Assembly: GCA_918797485.1 (NCBI GenBank)
Contig: CAKKNE010000004.1
Coordinates: 5,208,001 to 5,272,000, forward strand
Origin: Pelagomonas calceolata
Taxonomy: Eukaryota
Reading direction: 5' to 3'
DNA: 64,000 nucleotides
Within the stretch, counting starts at the first letter, position 1, and each line of letters opens with the position of its first letter. The notes under the pieces are model-generated. The model was not told where the DNA came from. It saw only the letters and a list, made by a program, of their open reading frames with translations, and did not search any database. Made by a program: the position numbers and the translations under genes. This document shows positions 52,510 through 63,339 of the stretch, one piece after another.

Positions 52510-54065
52510 CTAGGAGGAACTAGGCATATCGTCCGAGTCGTGCAGGTAGCCGGTCACGTTCCGCGACGCGCGCACCAGCTCGACGCCGCGCGTCGCGTAC
52601 CACTCGGCCATCTCTGTCCTGGCCTTGGACGCCGCGCTGTCGGAGTACGACTTCGTCCACGCGTCCCTCCGGCCGGGGAGGCCGTGCGACGCGCGGAACA
52701 CGTCCACGACGCCGGCCGCGAACTTTTCACCCCGCAAAGAGCAATAGCCGGGCAGCCAATCCGGGTAGCCGTAGCCCTCCGCGTTCATCTCGACGTCCGC
52801 CAAGTCGTGGAAACAGTGATAGGCATTGGGGGTGAACGCCGTCGCGAAGAGCTCTACTTTCGCCACGCGTCGACCGACGGCGCCGTTCGTGAGCTTCTGT
52901 GGCCTGTGCACAAATGAATCAGTGATTCGGGTGCGCCGCGACAATTTGATTCATGCACTGATCGAGGCCGCATCTCCGGGAAGCGGCGGCCGTGGGCCCT
53001 GCGGATCGCCGGCGACGCGACGTCCAGGTCGTTGCGGGCCGCGATCCGGAAAAAAGGCTTGGCGTCGAACTCGCCGGCGAAGAGCCGCACGTCGTCTAGT
53101 ACAACCTAGGTAGAAATCAAAATTCACCTCGACTGCTCGATGGCGCGGCGGTGCCGGTTCATCACCACTCGACGGAGCCAGGACGGCCGCGAGCACCCGG
53201 CTCACTGGTTGATTTCCACACAGATCACGACGAAGACCCACCGCACGCCCAGCGCCTGGACGTGCGCCGGCAGGACGAACTTGAGCTGCGCCACGTAGCC
53301 GCCCGTCCCCTTCGTCGGCACGCGCGGCACGTCGCACGCCTCGCTCAGGTAGGGCCTGCGTGCAAGTCGACCGGTGAGGCAAGCGCCGCGAAATTTGTCT
53401 TTGCGCGCTGGGTCGGGCAGGCGCGGGCCGTCCTCCTCCCCGTCGATGGGGCCGTCGATGGCCTCGTCGAGGTCGGGGTCGTCGCCGCAGCGCTGCCACG
53501 TCGGCACGATGCAGGCGCGGGGGCGGAGCATCGCCCAGTTGCGCCGCGCGACCTGCACGCGCCCGGCGTCCAGCAGCCCCGGCACGACCAGCAGCACGTC
53601 GAGCGCGCCGGCGTCGACGACCGGCCGTCGCGCGGACGCGGCGCAGCGCCGCGTCGCCGCCGCCTTGCGCTCGGCGGCGTCGACCGTCGGCCGGGGCGTC
53701 GGCCGTGGCGTCGGGCTCGGAGTTGGCGTGTTGAGCGCGACCGGCGCCGGCGTCCGCTTCGTCCGGCGCCGGCGCCGCCCCTCGCCTCCCTGGCACGTGC
53801 CGATGCCGTACGCGGCGCGCCACGCCTTCTTAAAGTTGCAGTCGTCGTCGACATCGCACTCCCTGTCCTGGTTCGTGCACCTGCCCTTCTTGCGCGGCGT
53901 GGCCGGCGCGGCGGCCGGCAGCGGAACACCGCCGGCAGAAACACCATCCCCGGACGGTTCGGCGCCCGCGAACGGCAAGGTCAGGAGCTCTTTGAGTGAC
54001 TGTGCGCTGGCCTGCAGCAGGAGCGCTGCGGCGGACACCACTTTGAGCAAGGCAGCGCCCCGCAT
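52510..54065 (-). CDS. Secreted protein, possibly DUF707/glycosyltransferase-like; exons 54065-53419, 53355-53232, 53105-52969, 52903-52510
   Basis: Signal peptide MRGAALLKVVSAAALLLQASA; spliced 433 aa with VFVVLDD, VASPAI, VELFATAF..C..GYG pattern. Confidence 0.65.
52904..52960 (-). mobile_element. Degenerate introner copy 10; intron 52968-52904 GC-AG
   Basis: CTGTGCACAAATGAATCAGTG..AATTTGATTCATGCACTG; splice joins PEMR to PQKLTNG. Confidence 0.78.
53106..53223 (-). mobile_element. Introner copy 11; intron 53231-53106 GT-AG
   Basis: Intact TIR TTGATTTCCACACAG, other end CTAGGTAGAAATCAA; splice gives WVF VVLDD. Confidence 0.9.
53356..53410 (-). mobile_element. Old introner copy 12; 63-nt in-frame intron 53418-53356 GC-AG
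   Basis: TSD GGTAGGGC / GGTCGGGC (7/8); ends CTGCGTGCAAGTCGACCGGTGAG and GCGCCGCGAAATTTG resemble copy 9. Confidence 0.72.
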
Positions 54066-54187
54066 CGCTGCCCAAACGCTTTGAGGGGCAGCCTCGCTTT
54101 GAGGGGCAGCCAAAATCGATTAGCAGTCGTACGATCCGGCCCGATTAGCCCGATTTTTCGGGCGGAATCCGGCCGCGGGCCCGATTT

Positions 54188-54207
54188 GCTAGTGTCTTAC
54201 AGCTAGC
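54188..54207 (+). promoter_or_regulatory. Recurrent upstream motif GCTAGTGTCTTACAGCTAGC
   Basis: In a divergent promoter, 160 bp upstream of ATG 54368. Confidence 0.55.
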
Positions 54208-54367
54208 TTTAGCAGCCCAGCGGCCAAAAGGAGTGGACTCTGCGGCTTTTTAAGGACCGTCACGCCGGAAACGGGAGCGTTGGGCTGCCTGAACCCCCCC
54301 CCCAAACCCTCTGAGATCCCTGACGAGCACGAGAGCCACACACCTCCCGGGAGCCCTTGGGGTGGTG

Positions 54368-54754
54368 ATGAGGGCTGCCCCGCGCATCGCGCTGCTGTGC
54401 CTGACCCTTCCGCGAGCAATCCTGGCCGCGGACACCGCCGACATCGATTTCCTAAACCTTCAGGGAGATATTCGAATCGCCAAGAAGGAGCGGCAGAACC
54501 TCGAACGAAAGGTCGACGCCCAGAACGGCGACCTCGCGCGCCGGCTCGAGGCCGCGCTCGCCGACAGGCAAGACATCAAAACCCAGCTCTCGATGCTCCA
54601 GGCGCAACTCCACGGGCTCCAGGCGGATGTCGTGTCCATGCCGGGGTACAGCAAGCGCAAAAATAAAGACGGCGGCGGCGGCGGTGGCGGCGGAGGTGGT
54701 GGCGGCGGCGGCGGCGGCGGCGGTGGCGGCAAAAAAAAAGAAAAGAAAAAATAA
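54368..54754 (+). CDS. Small secreted coiled-coil protein with poly-Gly and Lys-rich tail
   Basis: Signal peptide, heptad-like region, long Gly run then KKKEKKK. Confidence 0.6.
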   Translation: MRAAPRIALLCLTLPRAILAADTADIDFLNLQGDIRIAKKERQNLERKVDAQNGDLARRLEAALADRQDIKTQLSMLQAQLHGLQADVVSMPGYSKRKNKDGGGGGGGGGGGGGGGGGGGGKKKEKKK

Positions 54755-54764
54755 AGACACACTT

Positions 54765-56321
54765 TTACCTTCTAGTAAGAACGCCGACACAAATGCGCTC
54801 GAGCCGGTCCGCGAAGGCGTCGAGCGAAAACAAGTCCCGGACCCGCTCGCGGCCGCGCTCCCCCATGGCCCGCCGCCCCGCCGCGTCGCCGAGGAGGTCG
54901 GCGACGGCCCGGGCCCAGGTTTGGGGATCGGGCGCCAGGAGCCGCCCGGTCACGCCGTCGACGACGGACTCGCGCGGCCCGCCCGAGTCCACGGCGACGA
55001 CGGGCGTGCGCGCGTGCATCGCCTCGAGCGGCACGATGCCGAAGTGCTCGTTCTCCGGCCTGTGTTGCAGCGTGAGGCCCCGCGTCGATGGCGTTTGCAG
55101 GGGACGCCGCGTCCGCGCGTATACAGCAGGCACGCGCAGCGCGCGAGGAGCCGCGCCTTCTCGTCGCCGGAGACGGACCGGCGCTGCGTGACGCGGTCCG
55201 CGACGCCGAGCCGCGCGGCCAGCTCCTCGAGCTCGCGCGCGTGCTCGACGTTCTCCGGCAGGTCGGGGTCGTAGCCCCCCGCGAGCACGAGGCGGACGCG
55301 CGGCGGCAGCAGCGCGAGCGCCTCGACGGCCAGGCCCAGGTTCTTCTTCCGCTCGAAGCGGTTGATCGAGAGGAGCAGCGCCGCGTCCCGCGGCGCCTCC
55401 GCCACCTCGGCGTCAAGGCTCAGGGGCGGGTAGAGCACCTCGGGCGCCACGGCGAGCCGGGGGAACGCCCGGCGGAAGACGCCCGCCGTGAACCGCGAGT
55501 TCACGAGCACCTGTGTGGAAATCAAAATTTTACGGCGCGTTCGTGCTGAACCGTCGCGTCGTCCTCCACGCCATCGACGCGACGCCTGCTCGATGGCGTG
55601 GCGGTGCCGGTTCGTCACCGCTCGACGGAGCCGGCACGGCCGCGTCATCGCCGAGAAATGACTTAATGAAGAATTTTCGGGTGCACCCGACGCACTGGTT
55701 GATTTCCACACAGACGAGCACGACGTCCGCGAGGCCCGTGCACGTCTCCTCGCCCCAGTCCAGCGGCGCGCGGTAGAGGCGCGTGAGCGGGTTTTGTCGG
55801 TTCACGCAGAGCAGTTTGTCCGGGTAGTGGCAGTAGAAGACGACCGGCGCGGCGCACGCCGCCCGGGCGACGGGCACGGCCGTCGCGACCTGGTCCACGA
55901 CGACGACGTCCGGGCCGTCGCGCGCGGCGCGCAGCGCGACCGCGACCATCCGCACCGAGGCGCAGAGCGCGTAGCACCTTCCGAGAATCCGCTTCGGCAG
56001 CCAGTCGCCGGCGACGACGACGCGCAGCGTGCCGTCGCGGGTCTCGTCGAAGCAGCGCCGCGGGTCGTGCCGCGCCGTGTAGATCGTCACGTCGTGGCCC
56101 CGGCCCCGCAGGCCGAGCGCCGCGTCGACGACGAGCCGCTCCGCGCCGCCGATGCCGAGGTCCGGGTGGGCGAAGGCGACGCGCAGCTTGCCTTGGCGTG
56201 GTTTTGGTCGTCGGCGGCGACGCCTTACGAGTCGTATGAGCAGCATTGCGGCTGCTGCAGCGGCCAGCAGGAGCCAAGTTAGCTGGCAGCGGTGTAATGC
56301 TTTCTTGCACAGCAGAGACAT
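54765..56321 (-). CDS. ALG2: Alpha-1,3/1,6-mannosyltransferase ALG2; exons 56321-55722, 55510-55119, 55059-54765
   Basis: HPDLGIGGAERLVVDAA, FYCHYPD, VLVNSRFT, SINRFERKKN, LLYTPENEHFGIVPLEAM, SGGPRES. Confidence 0.95.
55060..55110 (-). mobile_element. Highly degenerate introner copy 13; intron 55118-55060 GC-AG
   Basis: Retains CTGTG end and CGCGTCGATGGCGT core; removal restores conserved YTPENEHFG. Confidence 0.7.
55511..55713 (-). mobile_element. Full-length introner copy 14 (203 bp); intron 55721-55511 GT-AG
   Basis: Perfect 15-bp TIRs; perfect TSD ACGAGCAC at 55503-55510 and 55714-55721. Confidence 0.97.
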
Positions 56322-56418
56322 TGCAGCTTTGCTCTGTGGTTCGCTGGCGGTCCAGAACGTCTTCCGACGCCCTCTTTTACAGCTTTGCAGCGCGTACGCT
56401 CCGTGCTCCAAAGAGGCT

Positions 56419-56442
56419 GCTAGCGTCATGTAAGACACTAGC
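56419..56442 (-). promoter_or_regulatory. Recurrent upstream motif (GCTAGTGTCTTACATGACGCTAGC on minus)
   Basis: About 100 bp upstream of the ALG2 ATG, same orientation. Confidence 0.55.
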
Positions 56443-56692
56443 TTGCAAGCGGCGGGCTAGGCTAGGGCGGCTTTTGAGACGCACGGCCGTCCAGAGCTCC
56501 GTGTAGAACTCTGCAGCCGTTTAGACATTTCCACTGTTGCCACTAATCATCGCAGCCAGCGCTTTTCGCGTGCCGTGGCGAGTACTAGACAAAATCCGGC
56601 AGTGGCAGATTTTCAGCAGTGTGGGGCGGACGCGTAGATTCTGCGCACGCGCATAGCGTCTAAGTTTAGCAACGAGAAACACCAAGACAACA

Positions 56693-59590
56693 ATGTGGTC
56701 TCGCGCCCTCGACCGAGCCTCCGCTTTAGCGGAAAGAGCAGGAGACGGCGTCGGCGGCCTGATCGACGGCGCGGGCACGATCGGCTCCGCCGCGGCGCGG
56801 GCGCTCGACGCCGTCGACGACCTCATCGGCGACGACGACGACGACAAGCACTCGGACTACTCGTCGGAGGACGACCGGCGGCCCTTCTCGATGCAGGCGC
56901 TGCGCGAGGAGCAGCGCCGGCGCGACGAACTACTGCGCGGGGAGCAGCACACGTCGCTGCGGAGCCGCGGCGCGTCGTACGACTACTCGCCGCCGCCGTC
57001 CCCGCCGGCGGCCTCGCCGGGGCTCTCGAACCGCGTCGCGGAGCTGACGCGGGAGCGCGACGAACTGGCGCGGGAGCGCGACGAGCTGCAGCGCGACCGG
57101 CAGGCTAAGCACGACGAGGCGCGGCGGCTCGTGCAGCGGTACCGGGCCATCGAGCGCGAGCTCGGGAGCGTGCGCGAGAAGGCGGACCGGGCCGACGAGC
57201 TCCAGCGACGGCTCGACGCCGGCGGCTCGAGGCAGGAGACGCTGGACAAATTGGTGGCAAAGTACCGGACCCTCGAGGAGAAGTTCGGCCGGGCGAAGCA
57301 GCGCGCTCTGGAGGCCGAGCAGGCCCTCGCGGCCCAGGGCTCCGACGACGCGCTCCAGGCCGCCGAGGCCAAGGCGACGACGGCCGTGCGCGCGCTCGCG
57401 ACCGCCGAGCGCCGCGCGAACGCCAAGGACGACGAGGAGAGCCGCGCCGTGGCCGACGCGCAGCAGCGGGCGGCCGACGCCGAAGCCCGGCTCGCGACGG
57501 CGACCGAGGCGCTCCGAGCTGCCGAAGAAAGGGCTGCGGAGGGCGCCGAGGCGCTCCGGGCCGCCGAGGCGCGGGCCGCTGAGAGCGCGGCGGCAGACGA
57601 CGGCGCCGCGGTGGAGCTCGAGGCGCTGCGGGGCCGCCTCGCGGCGGCCGAGACGCGCGCGGACGCGGCCGAGAAAGCCAGCGAGCAGGCGCGCAAGTCC
57701 GTCGACAAAATAAAAAAGTCGGCGGAGCGCAAGGTCGAGCGCGCGACGCGCGAGCTCGCCGCGTCAAAGTCGGACGGCGACGCGTCGGCGGCGCTCCGCG
57801 AGGCCCACGCCGAGGAGGTCGAGCAGCTGCGGAGCGAGCACGCCGTGGCGCTCGCCGAGGCGCGCGAAGAGTCGGCGGCGGCGCTCGCCGAGGCACGGTC
57901 CGAGGGTGAAGCGGCGACGGCGGCGCTCGAGGCCGCGAAGGCGGAGACCGCGGAGGCGCGGGCCGAAGCCGAGGCCGCACGTGCGCAGGGCGACGAAGAG
58001 CTTGGCGCGCTGCGGGGCGAGCTCGCCGCGGCCGAGGCACGCGCCGCCGCCGAGGACCTCTCCGGGGCGCTCGCTGCCGCGGAGGAGCGAGCCTCAAAGG
58101 CCGAGGAGCGCTCCGCGACGCTCCGCGACGAGCGCGGCGCGGTGGCGGCGCGCTTCGCCGGCGAGGTCGCGTCGGCCGAGGCCGCGCGCGATGCGGCGGT
58201 CGAGGACGCGGCGGCGGCGCGGAGCGAGGCCGACGCGGCTCACAACGCGGCCGACGCGGCCCGGAGCGACGCCGACGCGGCCCGGATCGAGGCCGACGCG
58301 GCTCAAAACGAGGCGACGAAGCTGCGCGACCGCGTCGACGCGCTCGAGGCCGACGGCCGCGGCGACCGCGTCGCCGCGGCGGAGGCGCGGGCGGCGGCCG
58401 CGGCCGAGGTCGAGGCGAGCGCCGCGCGGCTGGCGCGCGTCGAGGAGGAGCGCGACGCACTGGCGGCGCGCGTGGCCGCGGCGACGCGGCGCGCCGACGA
58501 CGCCGACGCCGCGCGCGAGCGCGACCGGCGGGACGCGGAGCGCGAGGCCGAGCGGCGCGACGCCGACGCGCGGGAGGCGGACGAGGCGCTGGCCGCGGCG
58601 CGCGCGAGCGCTGCGGCGGAGCAGACGCGCGCTAACGGCGCCGAGGCCCTCGCGAAGGAGGCCCGCGCGGCGCTCGACGCGGCGCGGAGCGAGGCGGCGG
58701 CCGCTCGCGACGACCCTGCCCGCGACGGCGCGTTCGCGGCGACGGCGGCCGCGCTCGCGGCCGCGGCGGCCGCGGCCCGGAAACGGACGGCCGCGGACGT
58801 GGGGGCCGTCAAGGCCCTCACGGAGCGGCTCCACGAGCACAAGGCCGCGGCCAAGGCCGCCGAGGACCGCGCGGCGACGGCGCTGCAGCTGGCGGCTCGC
58901 GTCGGCGACGAGCGCGACAAGCTCGCGCGCGAGCGCGCGGCCGTGGACGCCGAACGCGACGCGGCGCGCCGGGCGCTCGCCGATCGCGAGCGCGACGAAG
59001 GTGAGGCTTTGAGCGCCGCGGACGCGCGGGCCGATGACGCGGCCGGGCGCGCGGCGGCGGCCGAGTCCGCTCGCGCGCTCGCGGAGAAGGCGCTGGCCGA
59101 CGAGCGCCAGGAGCGGGCCACGGAGGCCGCGAACTTGGCGCAGGCCGCGGGGGCCGCGGGACAGGCGCTGACGGAGCGCGACCAGGAGCTGCGGCGCGTG
59201 ACCGCGCGGCTCGAGGCCGCGACGCGACAACTCAAGGCCGCCGAGGACTCGGCCGAGGCCGCGCGCGCTCAGGCTGAGGCCGCGCGCGCGGGCCTGCGGG
59301 CGCGCGCGCCGAGCCCGACGGACGACCTCGAGGCGGCGCGGGGCGACGACGACGACCGGCCGAGCCGCAGCTCGCGGGGCGGCCGGCGCGTCTGCGGCGG
59401 CATGTGGCGGGGGCTGCGGCGGTGCCCCGGCGCGTCGCGAGTGATGGGCGCCGAGCCGCCGCGGTTGTCGGCGGTCCTCGTGCTCGCGTACCTCGTGTAC
59501 CTCCAGGTCGACGTGTTCTTGTTGCACGGGTCGCTCGCGGAGGCCGCCGTGGCGCCGTCTGGTGGAGGGCCGGGGCCGCCTCCTGTGTAA
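56693..59590 (+). CDS. Long coiled-coil protein with C-terminal TM (golgin-like)
   Basis: About 750 aa of A/E/R-rich heptads; C-terminal LSAVLVLAYLVYLQVDVFLL. Confidence 0.75.
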   Translation: MWSRALDRASALAERAGDGVGGLIDGAGTIGSAAARALDAVDDLIGDDDDDKHSDYSSEDDRRPFSMQALREEQRRRDELLRGEQHTSLRSRGASYDYSPPPSPPAASPGLSNRVAELTRERDELARERDELQRDRQAKHDEARRLVQRYRAIERELGSVREKADRADELQRRLDAGGSRQETLDKLVAKYRTLEEKFGRAKQRALEAEQALAAQGSDDALQAAEAKATTAVRALATAERRANAKDDEESRAVADAQQRAADAEARLATATEALRAAEERAAEGAEALRAAEARAAESAAADDGAAVELEALRGRLAAAETRADAAEKASEQARKSVDKIKKSAERKVERATRELAASKSDGDASAALREAHAEEVEQLRSEHAVALAEAREESAAALAEARSEGEAATAALEAAKAETAEARAEAEAARAQGDEELGALRGELAAAEARAAAEDLSGALAAAEERASKAEERSATLRDERGAVAARFAGEVASAEAARDAAVEDAAAARSEADAAHNAADAARSDADAARIEADAAQNEATKLRDRVDALEADGRGDRVAAAEARAAAAAEVEASAARLARVEEERDALAARVAAATRRADDADAARERDRRDAEREAERRDADAREADEALAAARASAAAEQTRANGAEALAKEARAALDAARSEAAAARDDPARDGAFAATAAALAAAAAAARKRTAADVGAVKALTERLHEHKAAAKAAEDRAATALQLAARVGDERDKLARERAAVDAERDAARRALADRERDEGEALSAADARADDAAGRAAAAESARALAEKALADERQERATEAANLAQAAGAAGQALTERDQELRRVTARLEAATRQLKAAEDSAEAARAQAEAARAGLRARAPSPTDDLEAARGDDDDRPSRSSRGGRRVCGGMWRGLRRCPGASRVMGAEPPRLSAVLVLAYLVYLQVDVFLLHGSLAEAAVAPSGGGPGPPPV

Positions 59591-59993
59591 TTCTCTAACA
59601 TCTTGGAGGCGCCCGCGGCCGGCTTGGTCTCGGACTGGGGTGAGAGAGCAGGATAGTTCGTTTCTGTAGCTATCCATAAGACGTCTATGTTGTCCTAGAA
59701 CTCTTTGCGCCTAAACTAAAATCGGCGAAGCCCGGAAGCCCGCACCTGCTTTGGAACTTGCTCGACGGAGACGGAGAGCAGGCTAGTTGTTTTTACCTCA
59801 GAGCGTCATAGAACAGATCTCCCGCTGCGCACCGTGCACACTCATACACACGAATCACCTGCAGTAGTTTTTGGCTGCTCTCGACGACGCGTGCTCTCGA
59901 TTAGCACAAACACAGAGCAGCACCACGACTCTCCACACCCAATTACGCAAGGCATCAACTCAATCACTGCGAAACTCGAGCACCAACGCCAAC

Positions 59994-60752
59994 ATGGAAC
60001 GGCCGCCGGACTCCAATTTGCAGTTCAATAGCAGCTCCATGGCTCGCAAGAACCCCGCGCTCCAGTCGCTGCGGACGTCGGGCGCGCCCGGTCGGCCGGT
60101 GGCGCACATGCCGAAGGGCGTCACGACGGCGTTCCAGCTGCCCGCGACGCCGCCGTCTATGAAGGAGCCCGACTCGCCCATCGTGCTGAACGAGCCGACG
60201 CCCAAGAGCTCGACGCCCGGGACGGTGACGCCGCCGCCGCCCGGAGGGGTCCTGCCCCAGGGCCACGCCGCGTCGCAACTGCCCGCCGGCGCCGCGATAC
60301 GGGCCCTCAAAGTGCTTTCGAAGGCGCAGGCGCCGGTAAGCGAGATTATCGTCTCGACGAGTTTAGTGGCTGTGCGCAAGTTCTGCGAAGGCAAGGAGAG
60401 GGCCATCGTTCGAGCCGCAATCGAGCTTAACTCGCATGCGAGATCGGGCCTGTCCGCCGACGCGCGCGTTGCGATGCGGAGGCTGCACGCCGCGAAATTG
60501 CCGCTTGCCTACGTCCTCCTGGCGAAGACGGAGGGCGGGGCGAGAGCGGTCGCGTTGGGCGCCCACTCGGGCGACAAGGATCGGCTCGCCGAGGATTGTG
60601 AACTTGTCCACCGGGACGCGCACCGCGGGACGTCTTTTATGATATGGCAAGTTCCAGAGGCAACGCAAGAGCTCGTCGAGGCGAAGTGCCAGGCGCTAGC
60701 GGCCGACGCGGCGGCGAAGGCGTCGGCCGAAGCGTTCGTCGGCATGATCTAG
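59994..60752 (+). CDS. Hypothetical protein
   Basis: Pro-rich N-terminus plus globular C-terminus; coding-like codon use. Confidence 0.55.
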   Translation: MERPPDSNLQFNSSSMARKNPALQSLRTSGAPGRPVAHMPKGVTTAFQLPATPPSMKEPDSPIVLNEPTPKSSTPGTVTPPPPGGVLPQGHAASQLPAGAAIRALKVLSKAQAPVSEIIVSTSLVAVRKFCEGKERAIVRAAIELNSHARSGLSADARVAMRRLHAAKLPLAYVLLAKTEGGARAVALGAHSGDKDRLAEDCELVHRDAHRGTSFMIWQVPEATQELVEAKCQALAADAAAKASAEAFVGMI

Positions 60753-60901
60753 GGTGTTGAGGACGTCGTTGGACCAGGCTAGGCCATGCCCCCCAAGGAC
60801 TAACGTTTTACTTTGTGTGCTTTGTTATCGCTCGCCCTCGACCCCTAGGTTGCCTCCGAGTCGGTCGCAAGGAAGCAGAAAATCACACAAACCCGTGCTC
60901 C

Positions 60902-63339
60902 TTACTCCTTCCCCGTGTCGAACAAGCGCGCCTTCTCCGACAGGTTCCGCGCCCGCGAGGCGTCTTCGACAATGTCGTCGGGTACCTCATAGTCATCGTC
61001 AGTAACGCCGACGGACGCCCCGAACAGGCAGAACTCCAGCAGCCCCGCCACGTCGCCGTCGTCGACGGTTTTGACGTCGACGGAGAACAGGGACCGGTGT
61101 GAGACTGCCGCGTCCGGCGGGTCATTCGCGAGGTGTACGACGAGCGTCTTCGCCTTCGGGTACCTCTTCTTCAGGAGCTCGCAGCACGCGACGAGGTCCT
61201 GGGCGCCGTCCTCATCCAACGAATCCCCCGTCAGGGGGCAGTTCACGAACGACCCGCACGCGCCGCGGGCCTGTGTGGAATCAAATTTCGGGCGCCCCAC
61301 GCCATAATTCGCAGGATAGCCTAACTCACTGGTTGATTTCCACACAGCCGCGGACCCCATCCCTATAAACAAAGCACACGGCCGCACCCTCCTCCCTCAG
61401 CGCGGCGTCGAGCCGGATCACGCGTCCCGCCAGGTCGTCCAACACTTCGCACTGCGCGCTCACGGGGTCGTCGAACTGAAAGTTATCGACGGACGCCCAC
61501 TTCGTGCGGTGGTTGTAGGCGAAGCGCCGCACGTCGTCGTCGGTCTCGCGCCGCGCGTTCACCGTTGAGTCGTCCGGGCACGGGTCGCCGCGGGCCCGCG
61601 GGCGCCGCGGCGTCGGGTCGCAGACGTAGCGGCCCGTGCGCTCGTCCTGCGCGAGGTAGACGAAGTCGCGCGCGTCGACGCACTTGCCCGCGTGCAGGCC
61701 GCGACGCCGTCGTCCAATGGAAAGGAGCCGGGCTTGCACTCCCTTCTACATTCGTCGAGCCACGCGGCCGCGGCTTGATCCGAACCGGCGGCGATGACGC
61801 GCCAGCGCGGCCCCGCGAGCAGCGTCTCCGCCAGCACCGGGAGGCCGCGGCCCGCCGCGCGGCACCGCTCCGTGAAGCGGTCCGCGAGGCCGCGCGGCGC
61901 GCCCGCGAGCGGGTTGCCGCAGAGCCGGAGCGCCTTTAATGGTAACGCCGCGAGCGCCGCCGGGATTTGCTTGAGGAGGTTGTCGCGCACGTCGAGCTCC
62001 TCGAGCTTCGTGAGCTGTATAATGTTCTCTGGGAGCGCTTTCAGCTGATTCCCGCGGGCCCTGCGCGGAAAGCGACCGGTCACGTCGCTTCACAAAGAAG
62101 AGGGACGTACCTGAGACAGACCAGGTTACAAAACTGGCCGCAGATTTCGTCGGGCAGCGCCGCGAGCCCGGCCCGGTCGAGGTAGAGGCGCCGGAGGCGC
62201 GCGGGGAACGCCAGAGCTTGCGGCGCAAAGGCCGCGAATGGCGCGTCGCACAAAGACAGCGCGCCGTGGTCCCGGGGCGCTCGCGCGCGGCCCTCGTCGG
62301 CCGCGGCCCACCACGCGCGCTCGAGCGCCGTCCGCGGCGCGCTCCCTTCCGTCTTCGTCCACGGCTTCCGGTCGCCCGCGTACTGCACGACGACGGCGTC
62401 GTCGGGCCACACTGCATTAAGGTCCCGCTCGCCCGGCCGCGGCCGCCAGTTGTACCGGAAGGGCAGGCGCTGCCCAGCGACGTCCTTCTCGAACCAGTCG
62501 TCGAAGAACTCGTTCAGGAAGCCGCCGACGTCATTTGAGGGCGTCTTCGGCGCGAGCTTGAGCATGGCCTCGAGCGTATTTGACGAGGGCGTCAGGACCA
62601 GGACGCCGCCGTCGAAGGTGTCCGGCGGGTAGAGCGCCGGCGCCGCCGCGAACGCGACGTCGCGGCACGTCGCGAAGAGCTGGTCCGCGCTCCCGACGAC
62701 GAGGCAGTCCGCGTCCAGATACACAATCTTCCCGTAGTCTTCCAGGCCCCAGACCCGTAGCTTCGTCGACCGCACGTCACTCGCATCGCGGGGGTTCTCT
62801 ATGTTCTCCACCTCGACGACGCGCGTCGCGCCGGCGCCCTTGAGCCGCTGGCGCGTCGCTGGCGTGACCGACCGCGCCACCATCGCCACGCGCGCCTTCT
62901 TCGTGTGCTTGGCCAGCGACCGCAGCAGCGCCTCGGCGCCGGGGGCGTAGGCCTCGCTACCGAGGAACGTCGCGTAGGCGTCGGGCCGCGTCTCGGCGGG
63001 CGGCTCGTAGACGGGCCCGTCGTCGTTCGTGTACACCACCCCACCGTTCGCGCGGCACTCCGCCTCGACGCGCGCGCGCTGCGCGGCGGCGTCGCGGTCG
63101 ACGGGGATCTTCGTGCCGCCGTTCTTGGGCGGCGGCCGCGGCAGCTTTGAGGAGGGCGGCACCTTGACCGTCTTCGAGGGCTCGCAGAAGTCGTCGGCGG
63201 CGGCTTTCTCGGGCGGCCGCCGCTCGTTCTCCTCGTCGTCGACGGCGTTCGTCCAGGTGACGCTGCCGCGCGCCTCGCCGTGCGTTAAGGGCACGGCCTT
63301 GGGCGGCGCCGTGTCACTGAGCGGGCGGGCGCGCCACAT
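60902..63339 (-). CDS. Glycogenin-like GT8 glycosyltransferase fused to LRRs and an unknown C-terminal domain (introns 62110-62061 and 61355-61271; unresolved frame change near 61690)
   Basis: AYATFL..Y, TKLRVWGLEDYGKIVYLDAD, FDGGVLVLTPS, LPFRYN, KPW; LRRs LRRLYLDRAGLAALP, LEELDVRDNLLKQIP. Confidence 0.75.
61271..61347 (-). mobile_element. Introner copy 15 (subfamily B); intron 61355-61271 GT-AG
   Basis: TIRs present; TSD CCGCGGGC / CCGCGGAC; splice gives YRDG ARGACGSF. Confidence 0.92.

Noticed and set aside
52969..55510. Nucleosome-length phasing of neighbouring introner insertions
   Set aside because: Intervening exon lengths (124, 137, about 148, 221, 354, 392, 1280) give no convincing common period with so few cases.
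1184..59677. Many long antisense or alternate-frame ORFs (e.g. 16428-19145, 35225-37822, 37941-39956)
   Set aside because: Arg/Ala/Gly-rich shadows expected from very high GC3; they overlap well-supported genes and have no motifs.
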